A stretch of 32,633 bases of DNA, taken from positions 1 through 32,633 of the IMG/VR virus record IMGVR_UViG_3300017914_002531, one strand, 5' to 3'. The notes beneath the pieces are model-generated. The model did no database searches. It had not been told where the DNA came from and saw only the letters and a program-made list of their open reading frames with translations. The DNA comes from a virus. Taxonomy: Duplodnaviria > Caudoviricetes. How positions within the stretch are numbered: the first letter of the stretch is position 1; the number at the start of each line of letters is the position of its first letter. Position numbers and translations under genes: made by a program. Shown here one piece after another: positions 24,389 to 32,311 of this stretch.

Positions 24389-24488
24389 TTAAGTGCCAGC
24401 TTAGCTCCCCAAGTATGCCGAGGAAGGCTACAGAGCCTCCCACAGCGATCAGGACCTGGTTGATAGCCAGTGTAGAAAGACAGATCAT
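24327..24488 (-). CDS. Possible small membrane protein
   Basis: MICLSTLAINQVLIAVGGSVAFLGILG...; TGATG overlap upstream, but overlaps rusA by 62 nt. Confidence 0.35.
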   Translation of the reverse strand: MICLSTLAINQVLIAVGGSVAFLGILGELSWHLSDYTQNSPPTLLESKAEGDQ

Positions 24489-25273
24489 CAGATACAGCGT
24501 CCGTTTCTGCTGAGTTCGCATGTTGTACCGTCGGCCTTGACGCCGATAATGAACCCACGTTTCTCGATTGTGCTAACGATCTCATTGTTGTCGAACTGCT
24601 GGAGGTCCTTGCGGTCAAGGATATCCTGGATCTCTTTGTCAGACAGCTCCACAGGACCCAGGGAAGGGTCCCAAATGTAGTCGTCATCAGAGTCCCAGAA
24701 CGCAGCCCATTCGGAGTCTTCTGCTTCCCACCAGTCCAGCTGCTGGTCGTCGACGTTCCCTTTAACGGCAGAGCGAACCTCTTCCACCTGGAAACCCTGC
24801 AGGCTCGAAGAATGGCTTTTCAGGATGATGCCACAACTCGAGGCGGCATCCATGATTACCTTGTTGGTAACTCCTAGCTCCCGAGCAAGCTCATAGACTC
24901 TCAGGCATCCAGCAGGGCGATCTTGGGCGACGGGCTCATAGGGGATATCAGGGACGGTGGCGCCAACCTCAGCGCTGTTGTAGAAAACAACGTCATCAAG
25001 GCCGTGGGGAAATTCCCAGTCATTAGCTTCTGCGGCCAAAGCCTCGACAACATCCTCATAGGTCGTCCTGAAGGGTACAGTGCGACTGATTTCGCGGTCG
25101 ATGTACCAGGCGGCCTTTTTCAGGTCTTCCAGGGCGTTCTCCTTGCGCCCAGCGCGGCTGAGGTACTTGACTGCATTGCCCAGATTGAAGCCAAGCTCCC
25201 AGTCCTCGATGACGTCGATAGGCTCGTACTTACGGCCTGCAGCGTAGTGGGAGGGATGATTGATTTTGTCCAT
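24488..25273 (-). CDS. DUF3310 (T7 gp1.7-like) domain fused to an IF2 N-terminal-like domain and an acidic C-terminus
   Basis: DKINHPSHY..EPID..GFNLGNAVKYLSRAGRK..EDLKKAAWYIDR, then LRVYELARELGVTNKVIMDAA..GI.LKSHSSSL; start ATG 25273 (TGATG). Confidence 0.85.
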   Translation of the reverse strand: MDKINHPSHYAAGRKYEPIDVIEDWELGFNLGNAVKYLSRAGRKENALEDLKKAAWYIDREISRTVPFRTTYEDVVEALAAEANDWEFPHGLDDVVFYNSAEVGATVPDIPYEPVAQDRPAGCLRVYELARELGVTNKVIMDAASSCGIILKSHSSSLQGFQVEEVRSAVKGNVDDQQLDWWEAEDSEWAAFWDSDDDYIWDPSLGPVELSDKEIQDILDRKDLQQFDNNEIVSTIEKRGFIIGVKADGTTCELSRNGRCI

Positions 25274-25536
25274 CAGAATTTTGGGTCGGATGAGATACGG
25301 ATTGAGCGGTTGTCGAAGACTGTACGAGTTTCGCGGGTCCTCGAGAGTTGGCAAACGATACCTGTCTTTCTCCATTCTAGCACGGTTCCTTTTACCCATC
25401 CCGAACCACAGCGGACATGGACTTCGGTACCTTTTGCCATCGAACGGAGAGGCTGAGGCTCTTGCTGCATGAACTCTTGCCTGGCGGTGACAGACGGCTT
25501 TGGTTTGAAGCTGCCGTCGGAGAGTGTTCTACCCAT
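25273..25536 (-). CDS. Hypothetical protein, small beta-barrel-like
   Basis: KGTEVHV..GSGWVKGTV; coupled at both ends. Confidence 0.72.
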   Translation of the reverse strand: MGRTLSDGSFKPKPSVTARQEFMQQEPQPLRSMAKGTEVHVRCGSGWVKGTVLEWRKTGIVCQLSRTRETRTVFDNRSIRISSDPKF

Positions 25537-25777
25537 TGCTTTGCTTGCAGAAGAAATCGTTTTTGCGGAAAACCATGGCTTTTTCTGACTCCTGCCAGGT
25601 CTTCATGGCCTTGTAGTAGTTCATCGGCTCGGTCTTGGTAGGGCCTGGCCAGACAAGGACGACGAACTCGCCGCCCCTGGGGTCCAGAGCGTCCTTTGAC
25701 TGCTCTTTGAACCACTGTTCGTGCTCTCGCTCCCTGCGCTTGCGCTTGGCCCTGCGTTGCTTCCCAAAGCGGGCCAT
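25529..25777 (-). CDS. Basic hypothetical protein
   Basis: Arg/Lys-rich N-terminus; AGGAGG RBS. Confidence 0.72.
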   Translation of the reverse strand: MARFGKQRRAKRKRREREHEQWFKEQSKDALDPRGGEFVVLVWPGPTKTEPMNYYKAMKTWQESEKAMVFRKNDFFCKQSNG

Positions 25778-25778
25778 A

Positions 25779-26201
25779 TCAGTTAACCTCCTGGCCCATC
25801 TCCGTCAGGAAATGCATGGGCATGCGGCCATTTACACCAGAGACTGCCTTGATGACTGTAGGCACGGCTGCACGGCTGTAGCGCAAAACCCAGACGTCTT
25901 TCTCGTCATTATAGTCAAGCAGGCCTTCAGCGGTCATCTCGGAGAGCACTGTCTCGACACAAACCTCTGCCCAGGTCCGATCATCGTCGTCATCGGCATT
26001 GTCCCAGACACGCATGTCATCTACACCACATACAGCGGACAGGGCGTTCACCACCTCCCAGCTGTGGACTCCGGCTCGGAACATAAGAATAGCCCAAACA
26101 AAGGGGCGGACGGAAGCAGTGGTGAGCTTGGGGATATCGTCGAAAACAGGGCCTGTTGTGCCTGGTGCCATTTCGGCTTCGAACTGGGAAAATGAAAGCA
26201 T
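25779..26201 (-). CDS. Hypothetical protein
   Basis: Start ATG 26201 with GAGGA RBS and extended -10 TGCTATGAT (26227-26235). Confidence 0.75.
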   Translation of the reverse strand: MLSFSQFEAEMAPGTTGPVFDDIPKLTTASVRPFVWAILMFRAGVHSWEVVNALSAVCGVDDMRVWDNADDDDDRTWAEVCVETVLSEMTAEGLLDYNDEKDVWVLRYSRAAVPTVIKAVSGVNGRMPMHFLTEMGQEVN

Positions 26202-26226
26202 GGTGGTTCCTCTGTTGGATGTACAA

Positions 26227-26272
26227 ATCATAGCACATAAGAAGAGACCCCGCTGGATTTTGCCAGCAGGGT
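26227..26272 (-). terminator. Terminator-like hairpin after ssb followed by an extended -10
   Basis: Minus strand GACCCTGCTGG-CAAAAT-CCAGCGGGTC-TCTTCTT-ATGTGC-TATGAT. Confidence 0.6.
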
Positions 26273-26338
26273 CGCAACTTCGTTCGGTTGAGCATCGTGC
26301 GGGACGATACTTGAAGGGTAGCCGCTATATGCTACCGA

Positions 26339-26683
26339 TCAGAAGGCGGCCTCGCTGGCTTCAGGGCGTGGTGCCTGGAAGGTTACGCGGGCGTTCTTGA
26401 CATCCAGGTAAGTGCGGTCGTTGTACTCGCGCTGAACGAGCTGACCATGAACGGTGACCTGGTCGCCACGGTTGAGGCGGTCAGCAACGATGTCGGCCTG
26501 CTTGCCGGACACTTCCACAGAATAGAACTGCCCTTTGCGCTCGTCGCCTTCCTTCACGTAGAAGTACTCGTTGTCAACGACAGAGAACTTAGCGATTTTA
26601 CCACCATTGCCGAATTCACGGATGGTGACAGCCTGTTCGCCCTGCTTGCCGGTGACTTTTCCACCAAGAGAGATTGCAGCCAT
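26339..26683 (-). CDS. ssb: Single-stranded DNA-binding protein
   Basis: OB fold: AKFSVVD, FYSVEVSGKQADIVADRLNRGDQVTVHGQLVQREY; C-terminal Phe. Confidence 0.9.
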   Translation of the reverse strand: MAAISLGGKVTGKQGEQAVTIREFGNGGKIAKFSVVDNEYFYVKEGDERKGQFYSVEVSGKQADIVADRLNRGDQVTVHGQLVQREYNDRTYLDVKNARVTFQAPRPEASEAAF

Positions 26684-26723
26684 GTCGGTTCCTCAGATAA
26701 GGTTCAATTACAATTACAGTCTA

Positions 26724-27527
26724 TCAAGCCTTGGCCGTGGCCTTGAGCTTTTCGATGGCTTCCTTAATCATCTTAGAGCCAACGTTCTGCTTGACGCCAC
26801 ATGCATTGGATGCGGTGGTCAGGCGCCCGCGGCGTGCGTAGGCCTTAACCAGGTCGGCCTCCTTGGGGGTGAGGCCAGCCTCAACGCAGGCATTAGCTAG
26901 CATGCGTGAGGCCCACGTATCTTCGCCCGGGAGAGGGGTGGGATCAGGGGCCTGCCAGGCAACCAGTTCGTGCAGAGGAGCGGCGCCGTCCTCGTCGCCA
27001 ACGATCTTGTCAAGACGCTGCGGAGAGGACACATACTGAGCCGCACGAATCAGGGAGTCGCTGGCAGTCATGGAGCGAGCCCCCTCGCGCTTCTTACCGT
27101 GCTTGGCGATGTAAATCAGTTGCTGATGAACACTCTCCGGGAGACGCACCTCTTGGTCCAGGACATCGCAATGACGTTGCACTGCTTGGCGAATCCAAGG
27201 GGTAGCGTAAGTGGAGAAGGCGTAGCCGCGCTTGGGGTCGAACTTCTCGGCCGCCCGACGGAGGCCGAAATAGCCTTGCTGCAGAAGATCCTCGACCTTG
27301 CCGTCGCGCCAGGTCATAATGTGCCGACGGTTGACGAAGCAACGGACGGTGTTGGCAACAAGAAGTAGGTTCATCTCGCAGACGCGATTCAGCGAGCGCA
27401 AGTAAGCCTTGCTGCCGGGTTTCTGGCGTTGCATTGCACGGAGCAGCTTGATGGTTGCATCCTTGTCAGTGGCCTTGCGGCGGCCAGCGGCGTCGAGCCA
27501 TGCAGTGATTGAAGAAGTAGAATTCAT
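26724..27527 (-). CDS. RNA polymerase sigma-70 factor, RpoD/group 2-like
   Basis: NLLLVANTV, EDLLQQGYFGLRRAAEKFDPKRGYAFSTYATPWIRQAVQR, VRLP. Confidence 0.92.
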   Translation of the reverse strand: MNSTSSITAWLDAAGRRKATDKDATIKLLRAMQRQKPGSKAYLRSLNRVCEMNLLLVANTVRCFVNRRHIMTWRDGKVEDLLQQGYFGLRRAAEKFDPKRGYAFSTYATPWIRQAVQRHCDVLDQEVRLPESVHQQLIYIAKHGKKREGARSMTASDSLIRAAQYVSSPQRLDKIVGDEDGAAPLHELVAWQAPDPTPLPGEDTWASRMLANACVEAGLTPKEADLVKAYARRGRLTTASNACGVKQNVGSKMIKEAIEKLKATAKA

Positions 27528-27554
27528 AGCGATTCCTCGTTGAGGTACAGATAC

Positions 27555-27589
27555 AGTATGCCAATAAAAAGGGGGCTTGTCAACCCCCT
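27555..27589 (-). promoter_or_regulatory. Terminator hairpin with -35 TTGACA in its loop, 17 bp from -10 CATACT
   Basis: Minus strand AGGGGG-TTGACA-AGCCCCC-TTTTT-ATTGG-CATACT, upstream of the sigma gene. Confidence 0.72.
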
Positions 27590-27645
27590 ACTCGATAAGC
27601 TTTCCCCTGAAGAAAGCGGCCAAGCTATTAGCCGCTCTTATCAGG

Positions 27646-28338
27646 TCACCATTGACCGCCGGACTCTTCCGGGGCGTACTTGGCGTTGAGTTCTTCCGCG
27701 GTTTTGCTTCCCAGGGTTTTGAGTCCCTTGTCGAAGTCCCCGCCGAGCTTTTCCTTGACGATGACGACAAGGGCGTCGATGGCAATAGTGTGGACACCCT
27801 TCTCGAGGGCTGACTCGCGAAAGGCGGCCTCCGTTACCTCAGATACCTTGGCAACCTCCGCAACGGCCTTGGATGCGGTAGGCGCGGCCTTTGGGGCAGG
27901 TGCTGCTACCTCATCGTCTTCAGAGGTTGCGTAGCCGGACTCGAGAGGGAGCTTCGCCCAAAGTTCATAGGCAAGACCAAAATGCATAGCAGCAGCCATG
28001 CACATACCCCGACGCTGAGTATCTGTGACGTCTCGCGCTGTGATCTTGTCATAGGGAATTGATTTGTTGCGGTTGTCCATGACTGCCTGCGGAAGTGCAG
28101 GGGTCTGGACATCAGTCTCGACGTTGAGGAAACGGATTAGCAGGTAAGCACCCACAGGAGCCTTGTGCAGCAGACTACCGTCCTCAGCAGGCACGTAGTC
28201 AACCAACCAGCCCGGTGCGTGGGTGCGCAGCAGGTTCATGGTCCGAGACCAGTTAATGTAGCTGGCCTTGTAGTTGCCTGTGCCGATGCTTTCGACCAGG
28301 TCTTTCGATGCTACTCCAGCCAGGTTTGGGAAGGTCAT
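27646..28338 (-). CDS. Sak3/DUF1071-like single-strand annealing recombinase
   Basis: SYINWS, AVMDNRNKSI, ARDVTDTQRRGMCMAAAMHFGLAYELWA; near ssb and the exonuclease. Confidence 0.8.
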   Translation of the reverse strand: MTFPNLAGVASKDLVESIGTGNYKASYINWSRTMNLLRTHAPGWLVDYVPAEDGSLLHKAPVGAYLLIRFLNVETDVQTPALPQAVMDNRNKSIPYDKITARDVTDTQRRGMCMAAAMHFGLAYELWAKLPLESGYATSEDDEVAAPAPKAAPTASKAVAEVAKVSEVTEAAFRESALEKGVHTIAIDALVVIVKEKLGGDFDKGLKTLGSKTAEELNAKYAPEESGGQW

Positions 28339-28370
28339 TGATGTCGGGTCCTCTTCCTTGAGGTGTACTC

Positions 28371-28568
28371 CTACATTCTATCAGCTTCCTGTTGATACGG
28401 CAATTCTTGGCCGCTGTAAAGCTCCCAACCTCGAACCAGCTCCGGGTAGAGCCAGCTGTCCCAGTCGTTGAAGCAGTACTTCCAGTTTACGGGCTGCGTT
28501 ACGCAGGGGACTACCAGTGTTGACCAAGCGACCTGCAGGTAGAGAATCAGCGGGATTAATTTACTCAT
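28371..28568 (-). CDS. Hypothetical protein with hydrophobic N-terminus
   Basis: 65 aa, overlapping the upstream stop. Confidence 0.65.
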   Translation of the reverse strand: MSKLIPLILYLQVAWSTLVVPCVTQPVNWKYCFNDWDSWLYPELVRGWELYSGQELPYQQEADRM

Positions 28569-28878
28569 CGGGGTGGGCAGTCAGGCGTCTTGCAGCATGT
28601 TCCCTCATTTCCTTCAGCTTAACAGGCTGGGATTGCTTGTTCTTGCCCTTGCGGTACCTGCGCTTGCGCACTCGCTCGTATTCGGTTGGGTTCTCAAGGG
28701 CGTAGAGCCTCGCAAAGGCCTTCAGGTACCACCGGGGGTAAAGCTTCAGGCCGCCGATCAGCTTCCACAAGCGTGCTTCTGCAGCAGGTTCATACATGAC
28801 CTGCCGACCCATAGCTCTGCCTCCCTCCTCGTAGGCAGGACGAGCCGCATCGAGTCGAGCCTTTGACACCCGTTCCAT
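28561..28878 (-). CDS. Basic hypothetical protein, first gene of the leftward block
   Basis: 105 aa; starts 38 nt from array B. Confidence 0.7.
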   Translation of the reverse strand: MERVSKARLDAARPAYEEGGRAMGRQVMYEPAAEARLWKLIGGLKLYPRWYLKAFARLYALENPTEYERVRKRRYRKGKNKQSQPVKLKEMREHAARRLTAHPDE

Positions 28879-28916
28879 AGGAGTATCTGTAAGTAGAAGT
28901 TAATATATAAGAGGAA

Positions 28917-29005
28917 TCCCAAAACTGAGATCTCAATAATGAGACAAAATCCCAAAACTGAGATCTCAAAAGTGGGATCTCAAAAGTGAGATCTCAATAT
29001 TGGGA
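28917..29005. repeat. Array B: 6 copies of TCYCA-N4-TGRGA in the divergent intergenic region (candidate origin/operator)
   Basis: Copies at 28917, 28931, 28950, 28964, 28978 and 28992; AT-rich tract to the left; extended -10 TGCTATGCT at 29013-29021 to the right. Confidence 0.95.
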
Positions 29006-29046
29006 CTAGACCTGCTATGCTGGAGGCATAACACCCCCCAGACCAA

Positions 29047-29970
29047 ATGAAGCTGCTCCGCCCCGAAGGGGACAAAAACAACTACGTCAGGATTCCTACG
29101 GCGCTTTTTGACCTGAATCTGCCCGCTGCTCAAGAACGCCTGTGGATCAGGCTGGCCTCCCTCGAACGAGGCGACTTCACCGAGGATTACCCAAACCTCG
29201 ACTCGTTGGCCGATGCCACTGGCGTGACAAGATCCAGCTTTTATCGGATCCTTAAAGACATGCGCCGACTGGGTCTGCTCGAGGCAAGAGGCGATGACCT
29301 GATGCTGCTCCTGCCAACCAGTGTCGAGATTCCAGAAAAAGCAACCAAGCCATCGATCGAAACGATGGCGGAAGAGGTGGCTGCAGAGCCAAGGCGTCAA
29401 AACACCGTCAAGGCCAAGGATGCACAGCAAGTGGTCGTCGAAACCTGGAACCAGCACAAGCCCGAGAACTACATCAGCGAAGGTAAGTCCATGAACCCTG
29501 CCGTATGGGTCGCCTTTGAGACTCAGGCCAAGCGGCTTAAGATTGAGCGCGAAGACTACGCAGAATTTGTCAAAGCGATCTGCCGCGGCCTCAGGGCTGA
29601 CGAATGGTGGGCAAGTAAGGCGATGAAACTGACGAACGTGGTGGGCTTTAGCGCCAACCTCGAAGACAAGAAGTTCCAGTCCGTTGAAAAACTTTACAAG
29701 ACCGGGCAAACCCGTCAGGCTAAGTCCGCTGCGTTTTCCAGTAGTGATCAGGACTTCTTGGATTGGTACAATGCGAAAGGATTCCCTGTAAAGAGGATTA
29801 AGCGCTATCAGGTTGAGCACATCAACGAGGCTCGCGAGAAGGAGAGCCAGATAGTTCAGTCCATGGGCGACTCTGTTGACAGGTCGGTCGCCCGCGTGTA
29901 TTTTAAAGGAAGCATCGCAACCTATTGGTCAGGTCGCGACTCCCAGCCTAAGCTCTATAACCTCCCCTGA
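29047..29970 (+). CDS. Putative replication initiator (N-terminal winged HTH)
   Basis: NYVRIPTALFD..L......LWIRL...YPNLDSLADATGVTRSSFYRILKDMRRLGLL; VVETWN motif; directly upstream of dnaB. Confidence 0.72.
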   Translation: MKLLRPEGDKNNYVRIPTALFDLNLPAAQERLWIRLASLERGDFTEDYPNLDSLADATGVTRSSFYRILKDMRRLGLLEARGDDLMLLLPTSVEIPEKATKPSIETMAEEVAAEPRRQNTVKAKDAQQVVVETWNQHKPENYISEGKSMNPAVWVAFETQAKRLKIEREDYAEFVKAICRGLRADEWWASKAMKLTNVVGFSANLEDKKFQSVEKLYKTGQTRQAKSAAFSSSDQDFLDWYNAKGFPVKRIKRYQVEHINEAREKESQIVQSMGDSVDRSVARVYFKGSIATYWSGRDSQPKLYNLP

Positions 29971-29978
29971 GTCAACCT

Positions 29979-31658
29979 ATGGCACTCCCCTTTCACATTC
30001 AAAGAGCAGTAGACCTCGGCCTTTTGGTCGAGGAGAACGGTAAAATCACTGGCTGTCGCAAGGATGAAGTTGAGACAGTACTGGGTGTTAGCCGGATCAT
30101 CGAGAAGATCCAGCCAACGACTGTCGCCGAGAAAGACGATACGATGGACCAGGAGGCAATTGTTCTTTGCCGCATCCTGACCAGTCCGTCAGGTCTGGCT
30201 CGTGAGCTATGGGCAGATCTTCGCTGCGCCGTCGGTATTGGTCATGGGCAGGAGCTGCCTAGCCAGATGTGGTCCAATGACGCTTTCTCTGCTATCGGCA
30301 GCCAGATTGACGCGATCTACAACGGAACCGCCGACGGTGCTTCCGTCATTAACTCGCAAACGCTGATCGAGTCCTTCAGCCATAAGCCAAGCATCTCTGT
30401 CCTCGAGTTCAATCAAACCGTAGCCCGCTTGGCGCAGAAAGAAACCATGCGGTCATACGGTGACCCTGAGTCAGAATGGGATGTGGCAATCGATTTGCTG
30501 CGCCAGGCGCGTGCCCGTGCAACCTTCAAGAACGCACAGCACCTCGGCGGTCAAGCGATGAAGTCGGACTCAAAGCTAGAGAAAGCAATCGAAGAACAAC
30601 AGCAACAACTAATGACCTGCCTTGGTATGTTGCGCGGAACAGTCGGTAGCCAGGGTAACGCTGTTGACGCCGTCGAGGACCTGGTAAGCCCTAAGGATGG
30701 CCGAATATCACTTATCGACCAGATCATGAATGCTAGACAGCAGGTCGCTCCTGTAAGCACAGGCATTCCTGCTCTCGATATCGACATGGAGGGTGGCGTC
30801 CGTAAGCCAGGGCAGTCCGCAGGCGGTCGACTCTTTACGCTTGCCGCACGAACCGGCGTGGGTAAAACCGTTCTCGGTGTGTTTGCCGCAGTTAATCTTG
30901 CGAAAGAAGGCCTGACTGTTGGCTTTATTTCAGCGGAACTTGACAAAGCTGCTATCTATGCTCGGATCTGGTCTGCAGCTACTCACCAGTGCAATCCCAA
31001 CACCAACTGGGCTGAAGTGGGCGACATCGACTCCCCGTCTCATAATCGCGAACAGGTTAGCTCAAATCTGATGATGGCAGCTGGTGCGATACAGGCTGCT
31101 GGAGGCAAGCTGTTGATCGAAGACCCTTGGGGTGCTTGTGTGGACGCTGTGATTAACTCTATGCGATCGATGAAGGCAAAGAACCCTGAAATGCGTGCTA
31201 CGGTTATTGACCATTTCCACGTACTTTCTCGCCACAAGGGGGCACCGAACAATGAGTCCGGCATGCTGGAGGATCGAGCCTATAAGCTCATGAACGCAGC
31301 CAAGGAACTTGAGATCGACCTGATTGTCTTGGCACAGATGAATCGAGTGGGTATGGATAGCGCCAGCCAGCGTGAAGCACCCACACTGGACCAGATCCGG
31401 GGTACTGACGCACTGTCGCATGTGAGCCACGCGGTGTGGATTGTACGCAAGGAAATGGAAGGGGCTGGCGAGGATCGCAAGTGGACCGGAAATCTCGAGT
31501 TGTGGCACGTCAAGACCCGTGGCCGTCAAGCTCGCTGGGATGGCAAGAAAATCAACGGCCTGAAGAGCTTCGTTGACAAGTCCATCCTGGCCATGGACTA
31601 CAAGCACAGTTCTGTTCGCCAGGACCAAACCAATTTCGGTGGCAGTGGCTCCTGGTAA
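29979..31658 (+). CDS. dnaB: DnaB-like replicative helicase
   Basis: VSTGIPALD, LAARTGVGKT, ISAEL, VIDHFH, LAQMNR, IRGTDAL, VKTR. Confidence 0.9.
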   Translation: MALPFHIQRAVDLGLLVEENGKITGCRKDEVETVLGVSRIIEKIQPTTVAEKDDTMDQEAIVLCRILTSPSGLARELWADLRCAVGIGHGQELPSQMWSNDAFSAIGSQIDAIYNGTADGASVINSQTLIESFSHKPSISVLEFNQTVARLAQKETMRSYGDPESEWDVAIDLLRQARARATFKNAQHLGGQAMKSDSKLEKAIEEQQQQLMTCLGMLRGTVGSQGNAVDAVEDLVSPKDGRISLIDQIMNARQQVAPVSTGIPALDIDMEGGVRKPGQSAGGRLFTLAARTGVGKTVLGVFAAVNLAKEGLTVGFISAELDKAAIYARIWSAATHQCNPNTNWAEVGDIDSPSHNREQVSSNLMMAAGAIQAAGGKLLIEDPWGACVDAVINSMRSMKAKNPEMRATVIDHFHVLSRHKGAPNNESGMLEDRAYKLMNAAKELEIDLIVLAQMNRVGMDSASQREAPTLDQIRGTDALSHVSHAVWIVRKEMEGAGEDRKWTGNLELWHVKTRGRQARWDGKKINGLKSFVDKSILAMDYKHSSVRQDQTNFGGSGSW

Positions 31659-31682
31659 ACTTAGATCAGCAAGTGAAAGCCA

Positions 31683-32099
31683 ATGCGAAGTTTTATCTAC
31701 GACTCGATCGGGCGGATCTGCGTTCTCTTTGCAGGTGTCTCTGATTGGACTTCAAACTTGATCGTCTGGGCCGTCGTCAAGACCAGCTCGTTTGCAAAGG
31801 TAAGTTTTGCGCATTTCTGCATGTGGCTACTCATGCGTGTCGACAGTAAGCGCGTCAAGGAAGAGAAGCAGGCAAACGAAAACGAGAAGACTCAGCTAGA
31901 ATTGGTCCTGATGCAGTCAGCCATCCGCGTCAAAGAAAACGCCTTGGATGGTGAAGACTGGACAGAAGAGCACTCCGAAGCGCTAAACATGATCGGCCTT
32001 CGCTTGATTCATGAATGCGATTGGGAGCCTGCAGCAGTACATCGCTACTTCAAGCCCCTAGTCGAATCCGTAGAAGGGCTTGATTACGGCGGTGCCTAA
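31683..32099 (+). CDS. Hypothetical protein
   Basis: 138 aa; GGTAAACT motif 21 nt upstream. Confidence 0.7.
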   Translation: MRSFIYDSIGRICVLFAGVSDWTSNLIVWAVVKTSSFAKVSFAHFCMWLLMRVDSKRVKEEKQANENEKTQLELVLMQSAIRVKENALDGEDWTEEHSEALNMIGLRLIHECDWEPAAVHRYFKPLVESVEGLDYGGA

Positions 32100-32311
32100 T
32101 TAAGGCCTTCTTCTATTGAGCGAATGATCCCGCTACGCTTGACAAACAATCCAACAGTTGCTCCGTGAGAGAAGATCGGTCTAACGTAAAAGACGGTCTC
32201 TCCGGTCTCTGGGTCCATGTGCTGTGTGGGAGCAATAGCGGCACCAGTGCTTTTGAGGGTGCCGTCTACCCACATGTATCCGGGAAGGTAGCTAAGAACA
32301 ACTTGTGTCAT
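32096..32311 (-). CDS. Hypothetical protein
   Basis: 71 aa, convergent with the previous gene; GGTAGCCT motif 20 nt upstream. Confidence 0.7.
   Translation of the reverse strand: MTQVVLSYLPGYMWVDGTLKSTGAAIAPTQHMDPETGETVFYVRPIFSHGATVGLFVKRSGIIRSIEEGLN

Noticed and set aside
28917-29005. Repeats as Fur boxes
   Set aside because: The TGAGATCTCA junctions do not match the spacing of the GATAATGATAATCATTATC consensus, and the context favours a phage-encoded binder.
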